DNA of 64,000 bases. Origin: Strigamia acuminata (taxonomy: Eukaryota). Location: NCBI GenBank assembly GCA_949358305.1, contig OX442314.1, positions 29,264,001 to 29,328,000 on the forward strand, written 5' to 3'. A program made the translations under genes and the position numbers. The notes under the pieces were generated by a model. The model searched no databases. It had not been told where the DNA came from and worked only from the letters and a program-made list of their open reading frames with translations. The number at the start of each line of letters is the position of its first letter. Position 1 is the stretch's first letter. Shown in pieces: positions 1-10,714 of the stretch.

Positions 1-2311
1 GAGACGCGGTAGGAATTTCATTCATTTTCCTTAAATCCCAACGATGACAACTCGTTGGGCAGTAAATGATGCGGGAATCATCCTCGCCATCATCGTCAGC
101 GTTGATAGGATCTGACACTGGTGCCCGTGACAGAGCATCAGCCACGACGTTATATTTGCCGGGCTTGTATTGAATGGTCAAGTCGCATGCCATCAGTTCT
201 AACTGCCATCTGGCTAGTCGACCGGCTGGCTCCTTTAATTTCATCAGCCATTGTAACGCTTGATGATCTGTGTGGACTACAAATTTGGTATATTCGAGAT
301 AATCTCTGAATTTCCTTATAGCCCACACAACTGCCAAACACTCCAACTCTGTGGCGTTGTAATTTGTTTCAGCGCCTTGGAGTTTGCGACTTATAAACAT
401 GCACGGCAGGTCTTGTTCGACTCCGTCGCGCACGTGTGTTTGGAGCAGTGCTGCTCCCAACCCAACTCTGCTGGCGTCCGTGTGTAATATGAACGGCCGG
501 TTCAAGTCGGGTAGAGGCATGACTCCAACTTCAGTCAACATCCTCTTTATCGCATTAAATGCGATGTTACAATCGTTTGTCCACTCGAACTCCATTTCAG
601 TTTTCAGGAGGTCGGTTATTGGAGCTGCGACCTCAGCAAGACCTGGTAAGAGTCTGCCGAAGAAGTTTATCATCCCCATAAACCTCTGAACCCCCTTAAC
701 GTCTTCGGGGGGTGGAAAACGATAAATCGCATCAATTTTCTCGGGGCCGATTGCTAGCCCGTTGACACCAATGCGATAACCCAGGAAAGCTAATTCTTTA
801 CGGCAAAACTTGCTTTTTCCTGGATGTACGTGCAACCCAGCTTTCGCCAGCCGGGTGAGCACTTGGTCGATATGCTCAATGTGCTCTTCAAATGTTTTTG
901 AGGCGATGACAATGTCATCTAAGTATGCCCACACAAACTGATGCAATATATCACCCAATACGCTCTCGATTAGTTTCTGAAAGGTACTGGGAGCATTCAC
1001 TAAACCAAACGGCATGACGTTGAACATCAACCGTCCAATTGGCGAGTAAAATGCTGTCTTTAGTTTATCTTCTGGCCTCATTTCTACTTGCCAGTATCCC
1101 TTTGACAGATCCATCGTCGTAACCCAAGAAAAGGGGCTAAGCTCTCTCAAAATGGATTCGATAGACGGCATCTGTATAGGATCTATCTCTGTCACCGCGT
1201 TTAATGGGCGGTAATCAATGCATAGACGTGGGTCCGAGCCTGGGCGCATCACTAACACAACTCGCGTCGCGTACTCTCCCTGGGCCTCGGAGACAATGCC
1301 ACTGTCTAGCATTTCTTGGCACATTTTTTGCACTATTTCACGTTTTTGCGGGTTCATTCCCTTATACGCAACTCGTATAGGTTTATTATTCGTCAATTTA
1401 ATTTCGTGAATAGCCCTATTCGTTCGACCCGGTTTTTTCGACAGAATCCCCTCGTATTTAAGTAGGACCCTTCGTAGGGCTGCCGCTTCGTTTAAGTCTA
1501 AAGCGGCGTCGGCGACAAGCGTTTCCACTACATTGTCCCGTTGCAATTCTGTTACGAATGCTTTAAAATCGTAATCTTGAACGAATTTCTTTAGGCCTTT
1601 TTCCCACTGTGTCTTGTCGGCCGCTTCTTTTACAAGAGCTGGTGGCACGACAATTGCGGGTCTTTCCTTATCATTTCTGATATAATTCCAAGATTTCGTT
1701 ATTGGATTTGGTTGTATTTCCATTGACGCCATGAGTTCTAAGCCCAACAGAAAAATTCTGTCGCATGTGGGCAGGACCAGGAAAGGGTGCTGTTCTACCC
1801 CTCCGAGCCACTCCATGGTCAATAATATAACTCCTTTTGGACGCGCCATTCCGTTGGCGGTTTTTAGACGTACATTTTTATTAACGCCTTTTATCTTATC
1901 GGTGAGACCCAATGATGCTACTATGTCTTCGGAAACGAACGAGCGATCTGCTCCCGAGTCTAATAGTCCCATAATTTTTTCGCGTTCTATTGTCATGGGC
2001 AGCATACATAGGCGGCTGGTGTATTCGACCGCCACGTTGCACATGAAAACACGAAATTCTTCTGTCTCTTCGACTACTTGAGGTAATTCTTCAAGCAGTA
2101 GGTTCGGTTCTTCCGCCTCAGCCTCAGCGTTTGCGGTAATTACCTGCAAAGCGTTGTTGGCCCTGTCTTGAATTTGGGCGTTAGCTATGTCACTACCCAT
2201 TTCTTTGACTGGTGGCGGCTTATCGAACCCTTTGTTAAACCCCTTCTTCTTCATGAATGGCGCAGACGGTCGAGAAGTTATTTCTTCGCCGCCTGCGCTG
2301 ACTCGTTTTTT
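1..2311 (-). CDS. pol: Gypsy-1 Pol (protease, RT, RNase H), truncated by window edge, in -1 frame relative to gag
   Basis: Spot translation gives GLLDSGADRS (~1960), WAYLDDIVI (~920), HTDASRVGLGA, ELECLAVVWA and NVVADALSR (~130). Absent from the ORF track, probably because no stop falls in the window. Confidence 0.93.
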
Positions 2312-5061
2312 GACTCGTTTTTTGCCATGGCGAGTTTAATCTCTGCCATCTGCTTCATTATTGCGTCAAACTTAGCGTCCTCTTTTGCTGTTCTTGGGCA
2401 CTCATTGGAATAGTGACCCGGTTGGTTACACTTGAAACAGCGAATATTTGATTTGTCTCTTGGGGCTTCAATTGATTTTTTCTTTTCAGGGTCTGCTTTC
2501 GACGGTGGCGTGTAATTTTTTCGAAAATACTTTGGGATTCGGCCGGCATTTGGTTTTAACCTGGCGCGAAATTCTTCTACCGCTCTATCTCGATGGATGA
2601 GATGCACTAGCGATCCTTCTTCATCGCAACCCGTTGATAAGGTATCGCGATAGCTTCGTATTTCTTCGTCCGTCGAATAATCGTCTTTTTCTTCTTTTTC
2701 GTCTGATTTTCCGGCATCTTGTCCGGCTTCCTCCCCCTCCTTGACCTCCTCCAGTGTCGCTTGCATTGCTGACGCTGTCGGTGCCTTTTTAGGGGCGGCC
2801 AAAGGGTTGGAAGGCAGCGTGGAAGTCAGTTTATTTTTTATTTGCAAACCAACGCTAGCTTCTGCCAGCTCCATTATACCGCTAAGATATTCAGTAGGGC
2901 GCATGATTTTGTCTGTCGCCCCATATCTTTCCGCACTCAACTTGAGACGGTTAGCGGTTGCTGCTTTCTCCGCTTCTGGTAAAGCAGAATAGTATCTCTT
3001 CTCGATATCTATCGTGTTCTCGAACAGGAAGGCGCTCATTTCTTCGTAGCTGCCTCCTGTCGGTGCCCTTTCTTCCAGTAGCACCCGTTGCGAGTACTCC
3101 GACAAACCGCCGAGAAAGAAAAGGTTGAATCCCGTGGCATGAAATTCCATCAGGGCCTTTTCGAACAACAATCTGGCGCGAATGTCGTAATCCATTATGG
3201 TTTCACCAGGCATCTGGCGAAGACCTCGCATCTTTCGGCTCACCTCTTCGGGTGTCTCGCCGTAGCGTAGGTCGAATCTCATTAAAAAGTCGTCCCAATT
3301 GACGCCTTTCAATCCTTGGTACCACTCACGTGCCGAGCCTGTCATTAGCTCGACAATACCGTGGGTGAGCATGTCTCCTACGGTGGCTTTAGTGGCAGTC
3401 TTAATTCGAATTACTTCGTCAAGGAAGCAATCTCCCGCTTTCCATGACCCGTCGAAACGGTTCTGAATATAAAATTGCCACCTAATATTCCCGGTAACAC
3501 TCATGGTGTCACGTCGGGAGACAGCGTATTTTTTCTTTACGCGGTCGCCAGTGCTACGATTACGATCGTTTCGTTTGCTCAGATCGATTCCCTCGGCTTT
3601 TAACGAGCCAAGCAGGGCTCTTCCAAGCTCTCCCATCGTATACTGCCGACCCGTCGAATCGGTAAACGCGCTTTGTCGGGGAAGGTCCTGAAACTCCTCC
3701 CGTCGGTGGTCGCTATTTTCCGATCGACGTCGTTTCTCTCTATCGCGCGGAGAGTTGGATCTCTTCCGGCGATTACTTGATTTATCATTTCGTCTGTCGT
3801 CGTTGGACGAGGGGTCGGAGCTGGGGTCGGGAGACGGTGAGCGGCGTGGCGGGTTGCGCCGTGAAGAGTTTGACTCTTTCCGGCCCCTACGACGGTCGTC
3901 ACGTTCCCTTTCCCTGCGTTCATCGCGTTCTCTTTCCCTTCGTCTCTCTCCAGAACCTCTCTCCGAATCGTGATGACTGGGTGCATTCGACTCCAGTCCA
4001 TCCGACGACGAATCACTGTTTCCGTAGTGATACTGTTGCTGTCCTCTCTCGCGTTGACGTTCCTCTCGTGACGAGGTGCGGTCTTCGGAATGTTTTCTCG
4101 AAGGTCCGTCGTCTTTGAGGATGGGCACCGGCTGTGGCCAGTCGCTACCCCGCGGGTCGTCGCGTTGTCGGCTCGTGTGAGTCTGTTCTTCGTTACGACG
4201 CGCGTTGTTCGCGTTTATTAATCGGTTGATAGCGTTGTTAGTATTATCGTCTAACGCCATCATGCGAGGTCGAACGCGTTGTCCGGTCGAAACTTCCCGT
4301 TTGCGTGGAGTGACTGGCACTTCCTTTTTTCGCTCGGGTTTGGGGCTGACCTTCGGCGTGCGCTTCGGGTCGCCTTCGACGCTCTCGTCGGACAATTCGG
4401 ACGAGCTAACTTCTGGCTTGCGAACGGATTTTGGTTTGTCTCGTTGCAGCCTAGCCATGAAAGCTTGTTCAGCTTCTTGCTGAGAATGGAATGCATAACG
4501 ATGTGCATGTAAGGCTCGATCAACTATTTCAACCTCTTCTGGAGTGGTCGGAACGCGCTGGGATTTGCCGTACTCGAGAGCTCTCGCTTCTCTTTCTGCC
4601 AGCTTCCGCTTTCTCTCGCGGATGGCTTGTCGGGCCTCATTCTCGGCATCCGCTTCGAATTGAGCGGAATCTACCATTTGTTGAGCGTATGCGTTTTCAA
4701 CAATGGTGATTTGTGGGGATAACCTGTGCGCTCTTAAAGCTGCACGTACGATTTGCAATGTTTCGTACACAGTTATTTTTCCCGTTGGCAGAGTGTATCG
4801 TACACCTTCTGCCTGTGCCAACTGCATCGTGTCAACCAATGTGGCCGAGACGCTGTAAGGCTGGCTCGGAACACGCTCAGTTTTTGACGCATTGGACTTG
4901 TGTCCTTCAGACCTGACCGAAGCTGGGCGGCTTTGCGTAATTGGCGTGTTTAGTGCCGAATTAGCTGTCGTATTTGAGGCCGTCTTTTGTATCGGAGACG
5001 CCGCTTTCGGACTGCCCACCTCGGTGTCGTGCATTAGACGAGGCGATTGGTTACGGGACAA
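2278..5061 (-). CDS. gag: Gypsy-1 Gag (927 aa; R/S/D-rich low-complexity region, capsid-like region, CFKCNQPGHYSNEC zinc knuckle)
   Basis: ORF track; CX2CX4HX4C knuckle; capsid-like LMTGSAREWY...WDDF...F...Y motif. Confidence 0.92.
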   Translation of the reverse strand: MSRNQSPRLMHDTEVGSPKAASPIQKTASNTTANSALNTPITQSRPASVRSEGHKSNASKTERVPSQPYSVSATLVDTMQLAQAEGVRYTLPTGKITVYETLQIVRAALRAHRLSPQITIVENAYAQQMVDSAQFEADAENEARQAIRERKRKLAEREARALEYGKSQRVPTTPEEVEIVDRALHAHRYAFHSQQEAEQAFMARLQRDKPKSVRKPEVSSSELSDESVEGDPKRTPKVSPKPERKKEVPVTPRKREVSTGQRVRPRMMALDDNTNNAINRLINANNARRNEEQTHTSRQRDDPRGSDWPQPVPILKDDGPSRKHSEDRTSSREERQRERGQQQYHYGNSDSSSDGLESNAPSHHDSERGSGERRRERERDERRERERDDRRRGRKESNSSRRNPPRRSPSPDPSSDPSSNDDRRNDKSSNRRKRSNSPRDREKRRRSENSDHRREEFQDLPRQSAFTDSTGRQYTMGELGRALLGSLKAEGIDLSKRNDRNRSTGDRVKKKYAVSRRDTMSVTGNIRWQFYIQNRFDGSWKAGDCFLDEVIRIKTATKATVGDMLTHGIVELMTGSAREWYQGLKGVNWDDFLMRFDLRYGETPEEVSRKMRGLRQMPGETIMDYDIRARLLFEKALMEFHATGFNLFFLGGLSEYSQRVLLEERAPTGGSYEEMSAFLFENTIDIEKRYYSALPEAEKAATANRLKLSAERYGATDKIMRPTEYLSGIMELAEASVGLQIKNKLTSTLPSNPLAAPKKAPTASAMQATLEEVKEGEEAGQDAGKSDEKEEKDDYSTDEEIRSYRDTLSTGCDEEGSLVHLIHRDRAVEEFRARLKPNAGRIPKYFRKNYTPPSKADPEKKKSIEAPRDKSNIRCFKCNQPGHYSNECPRTAKEDAKFDAIMKQMAEIKLAMAKNESKNESAQAAKK

Positions 5062-5390
5062 AACCTCGTTTCCGCTCGTCTCGCCGGCAGTTTGGAGTGA
5101 GATTGCTCTTCACCCCGCTCTGTCTCGTCCGATCGCTGCCTCGTCTCGGCGTGAGACGGGTGCGATGCCTCTGATGCGCTTCTGCGATCGGGTTTAGGCT
5201 TGCGCCGTTTTTGCCTCGCTTCGTGCGCTGAGGCTTTGGGTAAGGGACCTCCAGATCGCAAATGATAATCGGCGCCTTTACGGCTACCGGCTCTCTTGTT
5301 TGCGTCGGAGTCGGAATCCGTTGCTCGGATATTGTCTGCCATTTTTGGGTATGAAAATGATCTCAAGTTCTATTCGAGTCGTTTAAATCG

Positions 5391-5408
5391 ATCCCGGACA
5401 GGCCCCCA
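5391..5408 (-). promoter_or_regulatory. Primer-binding site, tRNA-Pro-like (TGGGGGCCTGTCCGGGAT)
   Basis: Lies 2 nt inside the LTR end ...GCGACA; matches 16/18 of the canonical tRNA-Pro PBS TGGGGGCTCGTCCGGGAT. Confidence 0.85.
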
Positions 5409-5410
5409 CG

Positions 5411-6405
5411 TGTCGCGCTCAACTCGGTCTGTCGCTAATACGTGGTATGAGTCACTCTCTAATCTCGCAATACCGCTTTACTCAAGCGGTTACCCAAATA
5501 ATGTAACACGGCAAGACAATGTAAAAGGTAAATATAATAAATGTATTTATTATACGGGAATATACAGTTAAAAGGGAATAAAATATGTAAGGGAATAAAA
5601 AGGTAAAAGGAAAGGTGTGTGAAGTTGGCGGGAAACTGGTCGAGGTCGTCCTTTGTCGCTGTGGATCCAAGATGGCGTCCGCGTGGCAACGTGGTGTCGT
5701 CTTGGGCCGGCGTGGCAATGAATGGCGTCCTCGTCTCTCGTTTCTTGGTCGGTCCTTCGGGCTCACGCTGGTCGGGCGCGAGTGAATGCCTAAAAGGTCT
5801 TACTTCTGGTCTGTTGTCTAGGTTTAGGGTTTTGTTTAGGTGTCCGGCGATCACACAGCGGCGGACGCTTGGTGGTTCCCGGCGATACACACAGCGGCGG
5901 GAACGCTCGTCGTGGTTACTGCAATTTAGGCTTGTGCGACCGTTTGTCTGCACAACTCGCTAAATTGGAGTAGGTTTACTATTTCTAGCTGGCTTGCTAA
6001 AATAGTGTGGTAATCTTATTTCGCAGGTTACTCTGCGGAGGTTAACACAAATCAATCGTACTCACGTTAGAAGTCCCTTGTCCTAGGTCACTCCTGAAGT
6101 CTTTGTACTTAGGCTTGATCGTTTTAGGACGTTTGGCTTTTACGTGTATCTTGGTTGATTTTTGTGTTGGTTCTGCCCGCTCAGTGCAAGGCAAATTCCT
6201 TTGCACAAAGCGGGGGTGACAGGTGACTAAAGCCACCCAATGGTGGAGAAGACGAATCTCCCCCACTCCCCCAGGGCAGACGCCCGTCCATTGACTGGAT
6301 GTCAATGCTCTGAGGGAAGGGAGGCGCGCGTGCGACTCCCCCTCTTTACCCGTATGTAGGCCACGAGAGAAACTCTTCGTGCCCCACCCCAGTCGGGTCA
6401 CCACA
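5411..6405 (-). repeat. Gypsy-1 5' LTR (~995 bp)
   Basis: Ends ...CGCGACA next to the PBS; minus-strand AATAAA near 5546. Putative start TGTGGTGACCCG resembles the Gypsy-2 LTR start TGCGGTGGCCCG. The partner LTR is outside the window, so the outer boundary is inferred. Confidence 0.75.
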
Positions 6406-7167
6406 ACGTCATTTCCTTCGCGCCGGTTCGAAATCTACTTTGCGAAATAGTACTTGTCCCAAGTACTATTTCGCCCGCGATTCTTGTCGCAGCCAATCCC
6501 GTGAGCTGTTTGAAATGACGTCATTTCATCAACATTTTTGGTTGCTGTGTGAATGCTGTGGAATGACGTCATAAGTTTGAATTTGCATGTGTGTAGCACT
6601 GCGCGCAATTCACAGCGCGATTTTGATTGCGACGCGACGCGAAATCGCGGTATGGTTGCGCCCAGCATTATAAATTAATAACCAACAATAAGAGCGTGGG
6701 TTTTGCGCTTATCCTAGTGCCAACCACGTAAACTAATTTGTAATTGGTATCTTTGAAAGTTTGGATGTTTGTAACCAGGGCTGGACTGGGTACAATTTGC
6801 GGCGATCCGGGTCTTACTACTCAATATTTAGAATAAATATCAAGTACCGGTAATCACTGTTGAGATGCCGAATAGGACTTCTACTCAGCGGCCAAGTTTG
6901 TCTAGGGGAAATTATTTAACACATGAAATATAATATAAGAAAATCGATTTAATTGTTCTAATATACAATAAAATTTTAAAGCAATGAAACGGGGAAAATG
7001 TCTTCTCGAATATACACTCACGGTTGCTCAGCTCCAAAGATGGCGTCGATGGCGTTGCGTGAGCGCGGATTTTGGCAGAGCAAGCTCAACGCTAAAATCT
7101 ACCTCGAAATTTACCCTAATTTCTGTGGAGCATGCTCAACACAGAAATCACTTCTCGAGCACACAGC

Positions 7168-7458
7168 TTATTTTTGTGGAGCACGCTCAACACAAAGATC
7201 CTCTTTGATTAACAGAGCAACCTCAATGTTAATCCACACAGCAAATGGGGTTGTTCTTGCACGTTGGGCATCGGCCATCACACGGGCGTTGCAATCCTTG
7301 CAAAAATAGGCGTGTGCACAAGGTAACATTAGTGTGGTCCTGTCCTGTAGCAGGCAGACCACACATTTTGATGTTGCCGGCGGAGCAATCACTGGTGCGG
7401 CATCCAACTCATCAACCGCATCTGCCTCATTCACCACATTCGCCGCGGCCGCTAACAC
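7168..7458 (-). pseudogene. C3HC4 RING-finger fragment (IAP/Mdm2/Neuralized-like), apparently frameshifted
   Basis: CVVCLLQDRTTLMLPCAHAYFCKDC; the last Cys pair is missing in frame, but 'PIC' occurs in another frame near 7245. Confidence 0.55.
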
Positions 7459-8311
7459 TGCGACATTTGCAGCTCGCTCAGCTCGGACAACGGCTTGCCG
7501 CTCAGGTACGATCGTGTTACGGCACGCGTACGCAATGCATACGTGACGTCGCGCTTACGAATACTTTCGTACGTCGCGCATAGGAATTGCGGCAAGATTC
7601 GTAAGCGCGACGTTGCGTGTGCGAATACGTGCTTCGTACAACAGGATTCGTAACCGCGGTTACGAATATCGCGCGTATTATTCAACACCAATACTGTGTT
7701 GGCTCTATGGTTATGTGGAATATATTCTATTTCAACTTTAAATTAAATAAAACAAGAAGTAAGCTATAGTTTTATTTATTAAACTATTTGGAAATATGGT
7801 GCTCACTCAAATGTGTATATTTGAGGTCACCACAAAATTTAGTACCGAGATATCTGGATGGGTCAAGCCACGATGGGCCCGCCGCGGGCCACCGGGTCAC
7901 AGGCCACCGGGTCACAAGCCACCGGAAAATTTCATACTAATGAAGTAGATTGTCTAGGCAGAGTGTAGAATAGAAAATAATAATAGCATAATTAAGGTAA
8001 ATTCTGTTTTTTTAGGATGTTATTTTCATAGTGGGTATGGTGATCTGGATTTATTTCTGTGTTTTTGTTGTAAATAAATATCACCATTTAAAAGATAATT
8101 GTCTTATTTTATCTCACAATAGTCTGGCATGTGCCAGACTCAGTCATGTGACTTGGGGGAGAAAACTCCCCAAGCACATTTGACCCCAAATTGATTGGGG
8201 CTTGCAGCTAATTAACCGTTTTGGTGCAACAGAATCCTTTGTTTCGCCAAACTGAGCTAATGGCGCAAGTTTACTGTGCAACTCAGAAGTGTGCCAGGTT
8301 TGGAACCCCAA

Positions 8312-10222
8312 TGTGACGGTGACGACCACAACTCCCATTTAACAATGGTACCGGGAAGAGATCGCAATAAATAAACAGTGAATACAATACGAGATAAATA
8401 CAAGACAGTTTATTGTTGGCAAACAATATGGATGAGCTAAATTATACATAGGACTAATGCCGACATTTGGCAAGTTAAATCAGCTATTAAACTATACAAA
8501 GAATTGGCCAACTGGCCCTAGAATAATATCACTACGGGTCTGGAATATGGGAGCGGTTTCCCCATCGCTCGACCTGATTATAGATGTCATCTTAAGCCGG
8601 ATGGCTGTGTCCTGGAGTCCGATACGGCTTCGCTGGTTTCCTTGGTTCGCTGTGTAAACTATCGCACGTCGATAAATCGAATGATCTGAGCATTGCGGTT
8701 GACTTTGTCTGCACCGCCACAACTTTGGGAGGATATTGGTGTAAGTAAATGTATTCATTTACTTATCAATATTCCACTTATGAATTATATTTAATTCATA
8801 TCGTTGTGAATTCTTATTTAGATATTTCGGGAATAAGTTGTCGTCAACTTATCGGTTATATTGAGTTCAATATGAGATTAAGTCTTCTGACTTGATTTTG
8901 GTCCAACTGGTTGTCGAGTTTAAGTTTTTCTGTTATAAATAAAATGAAGATTAAGCTTCCCGTCGCAACACACAATTGCCATCGATTAGAATATACGCCT
9001 TGCCATGCAGAACGGTATCAAGCGTCCCCGGCGTCGCAGCACGGTCGTCCATCGAGTGGTTGACGGTACCACGTACACAGGGGTCGATAGCTCGCGGCTC
9101 CGCACAGCAGTTTTATCTCTCGCGGTACTAATAATAGACCGACTGCTTTGGCATCGAATACCATGAGAATCAGCTTGCCAAACACTTGGTGCTACTCGTG
9201 GTTACTGTAAAACAGACTGCTTTGGCACCATCAGGTGAAGGAACCGATTCTCAACAATACCGATGCTACTCGTGGTAACGGAATACGTTCATACCGAAAA
9301 AGACAACTTGGTCCTGTCCGGAGGATACTGAATTGCACAACGGCGGGTTCTCCTTCGGCGTCGCAACCGTAGACTGTAACATTTATGCAACATAATAATC
9401 CCAGCACTTCGACTTCAATTGCCGGCGGTGGCATGATTCTGTAGAATCATGCAACGGTTCTTTGCGAATAAATCAACAAAGAACCAAAAGGTTTTTTACG
9501 TGAACAACGAATCATACTTCTTAAGTAACAATACCAAACAGAAATAATCAAACAGAGCTGCGGAATGGCCGATTGTTTGGGTTTATATAACCTGACTGGA
9601 TTTAAGGATTAATCCAGTCATCCAATTGGAACATGGGTTCCACGAATCCCTCCAATCCCGTATCACCGGAAGTGGATACGGAGGAGCATTTATGCAAATT
9701 ATGCTAATCCTTGTTACAACCGGAACTGGATACCCAGGACCGGAAATGGGTTCCACCAATCAGATTGATCGGTTGACCGATTGATCGCTAAACATTCTGT
9801 CCCGCAGAAATGGAAGTTACATTGTATTTAACAATGTCAGATATTTAATATATATTTATATTAATATTTAACACAATTTATTCACTTGATTAAATATACG
9901 TTTATATTTAATCATGAGGTTTTCAAGTTCGTATTCGAATTTATCGCTAATTGCGATCGCGCCATCTAGTGGCAATATGGAGCATTGACAAATGCGGGTT
10001 TTAGCAGACGAATCTTCGTAATTATGCCGTGATACTTTAGTATCATGTGGAAATTAGTGTTTATTCTTAATAAACGAACATCTTTGTATTTGAAACATCA
10101 TAAATGACTTTATTCTAGACATTTATCAGTTTTACACAGAATACTGTAAAAATACCGTCATAATGACACAACAGCGCTTTTCTATAGAAAATAGGCATTT
10201 ATAGCCATTAAAAACCGTCACA
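8312..10222 (-). mobile_element. Solo LTR, 1.9 kb (Gypsy-type)
   Basis: Termini TGTGACGG...CCGTCACA, 4-bp TSD CCAA, minus-strand AATAAA near 8410, no long ORF. Confidence 0.8.
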
Positions 10223-10714
10223 CCAATTTTGGCACACTCTTGAATACACACTGAAACAACACACACCTTTTTGGTGTTTTGGCGTGTAACAGTCGTTACA
10301 CGCTTTTATCTTTGTTTCCGTGACAGAATCGCACTTTCTATTATTGTAATTCCCTTTCATTTTTTATATTCATTTCATTTGTATAATTACACCCGATTAA
10401 AATACTGTTCATTTGATTTAAACCTTACTTGTGTTTATTTCCTTAAAACTCCTACACAACCCACATTTGATTATAAGTTCTATAAACGGCATTCACATGC
10501 GAGTTAACTGAGCTTATCTATTTTAAGTTAGTTGAAATACCCGAATCGCAACATTAGTTACAGTTTGTGTTCTATGAACAGAACTGATTTTTAGAGAGGG
10601 TTTCAAACCCAGGTTGCACCATTTAATAAACAGAGCGAGGGTACTGTACATACAATTGTTTAATCTACAAACGTATGTTAATTAACTGAAAGTTGATCAT
10701 AAATGTTTTTGCAG

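Larger units (their letters stand above)
1..6405 (-). mobile_element. Ty3/Gypsy LTR retrotransposon 'Gypsy-1' (5' LTR, PBS, gag, pol; 3' part runs off the left edge)
   Basis: Order on minus strand is LTR, PBS, gag with CCHC knuckle, then pol in PR-RT-RH order. Clearly similar to Gypsy-2 at 38584-51899. Confidence 0.95.

Noticed and set aside
5034..6404. ORFs within the Gypsy-1 leader and LTR (also 19273-20339 and 51171-51584)
   Set aside because: GC-rich UTR/LTR sequence, no motifs, open in multiple frames
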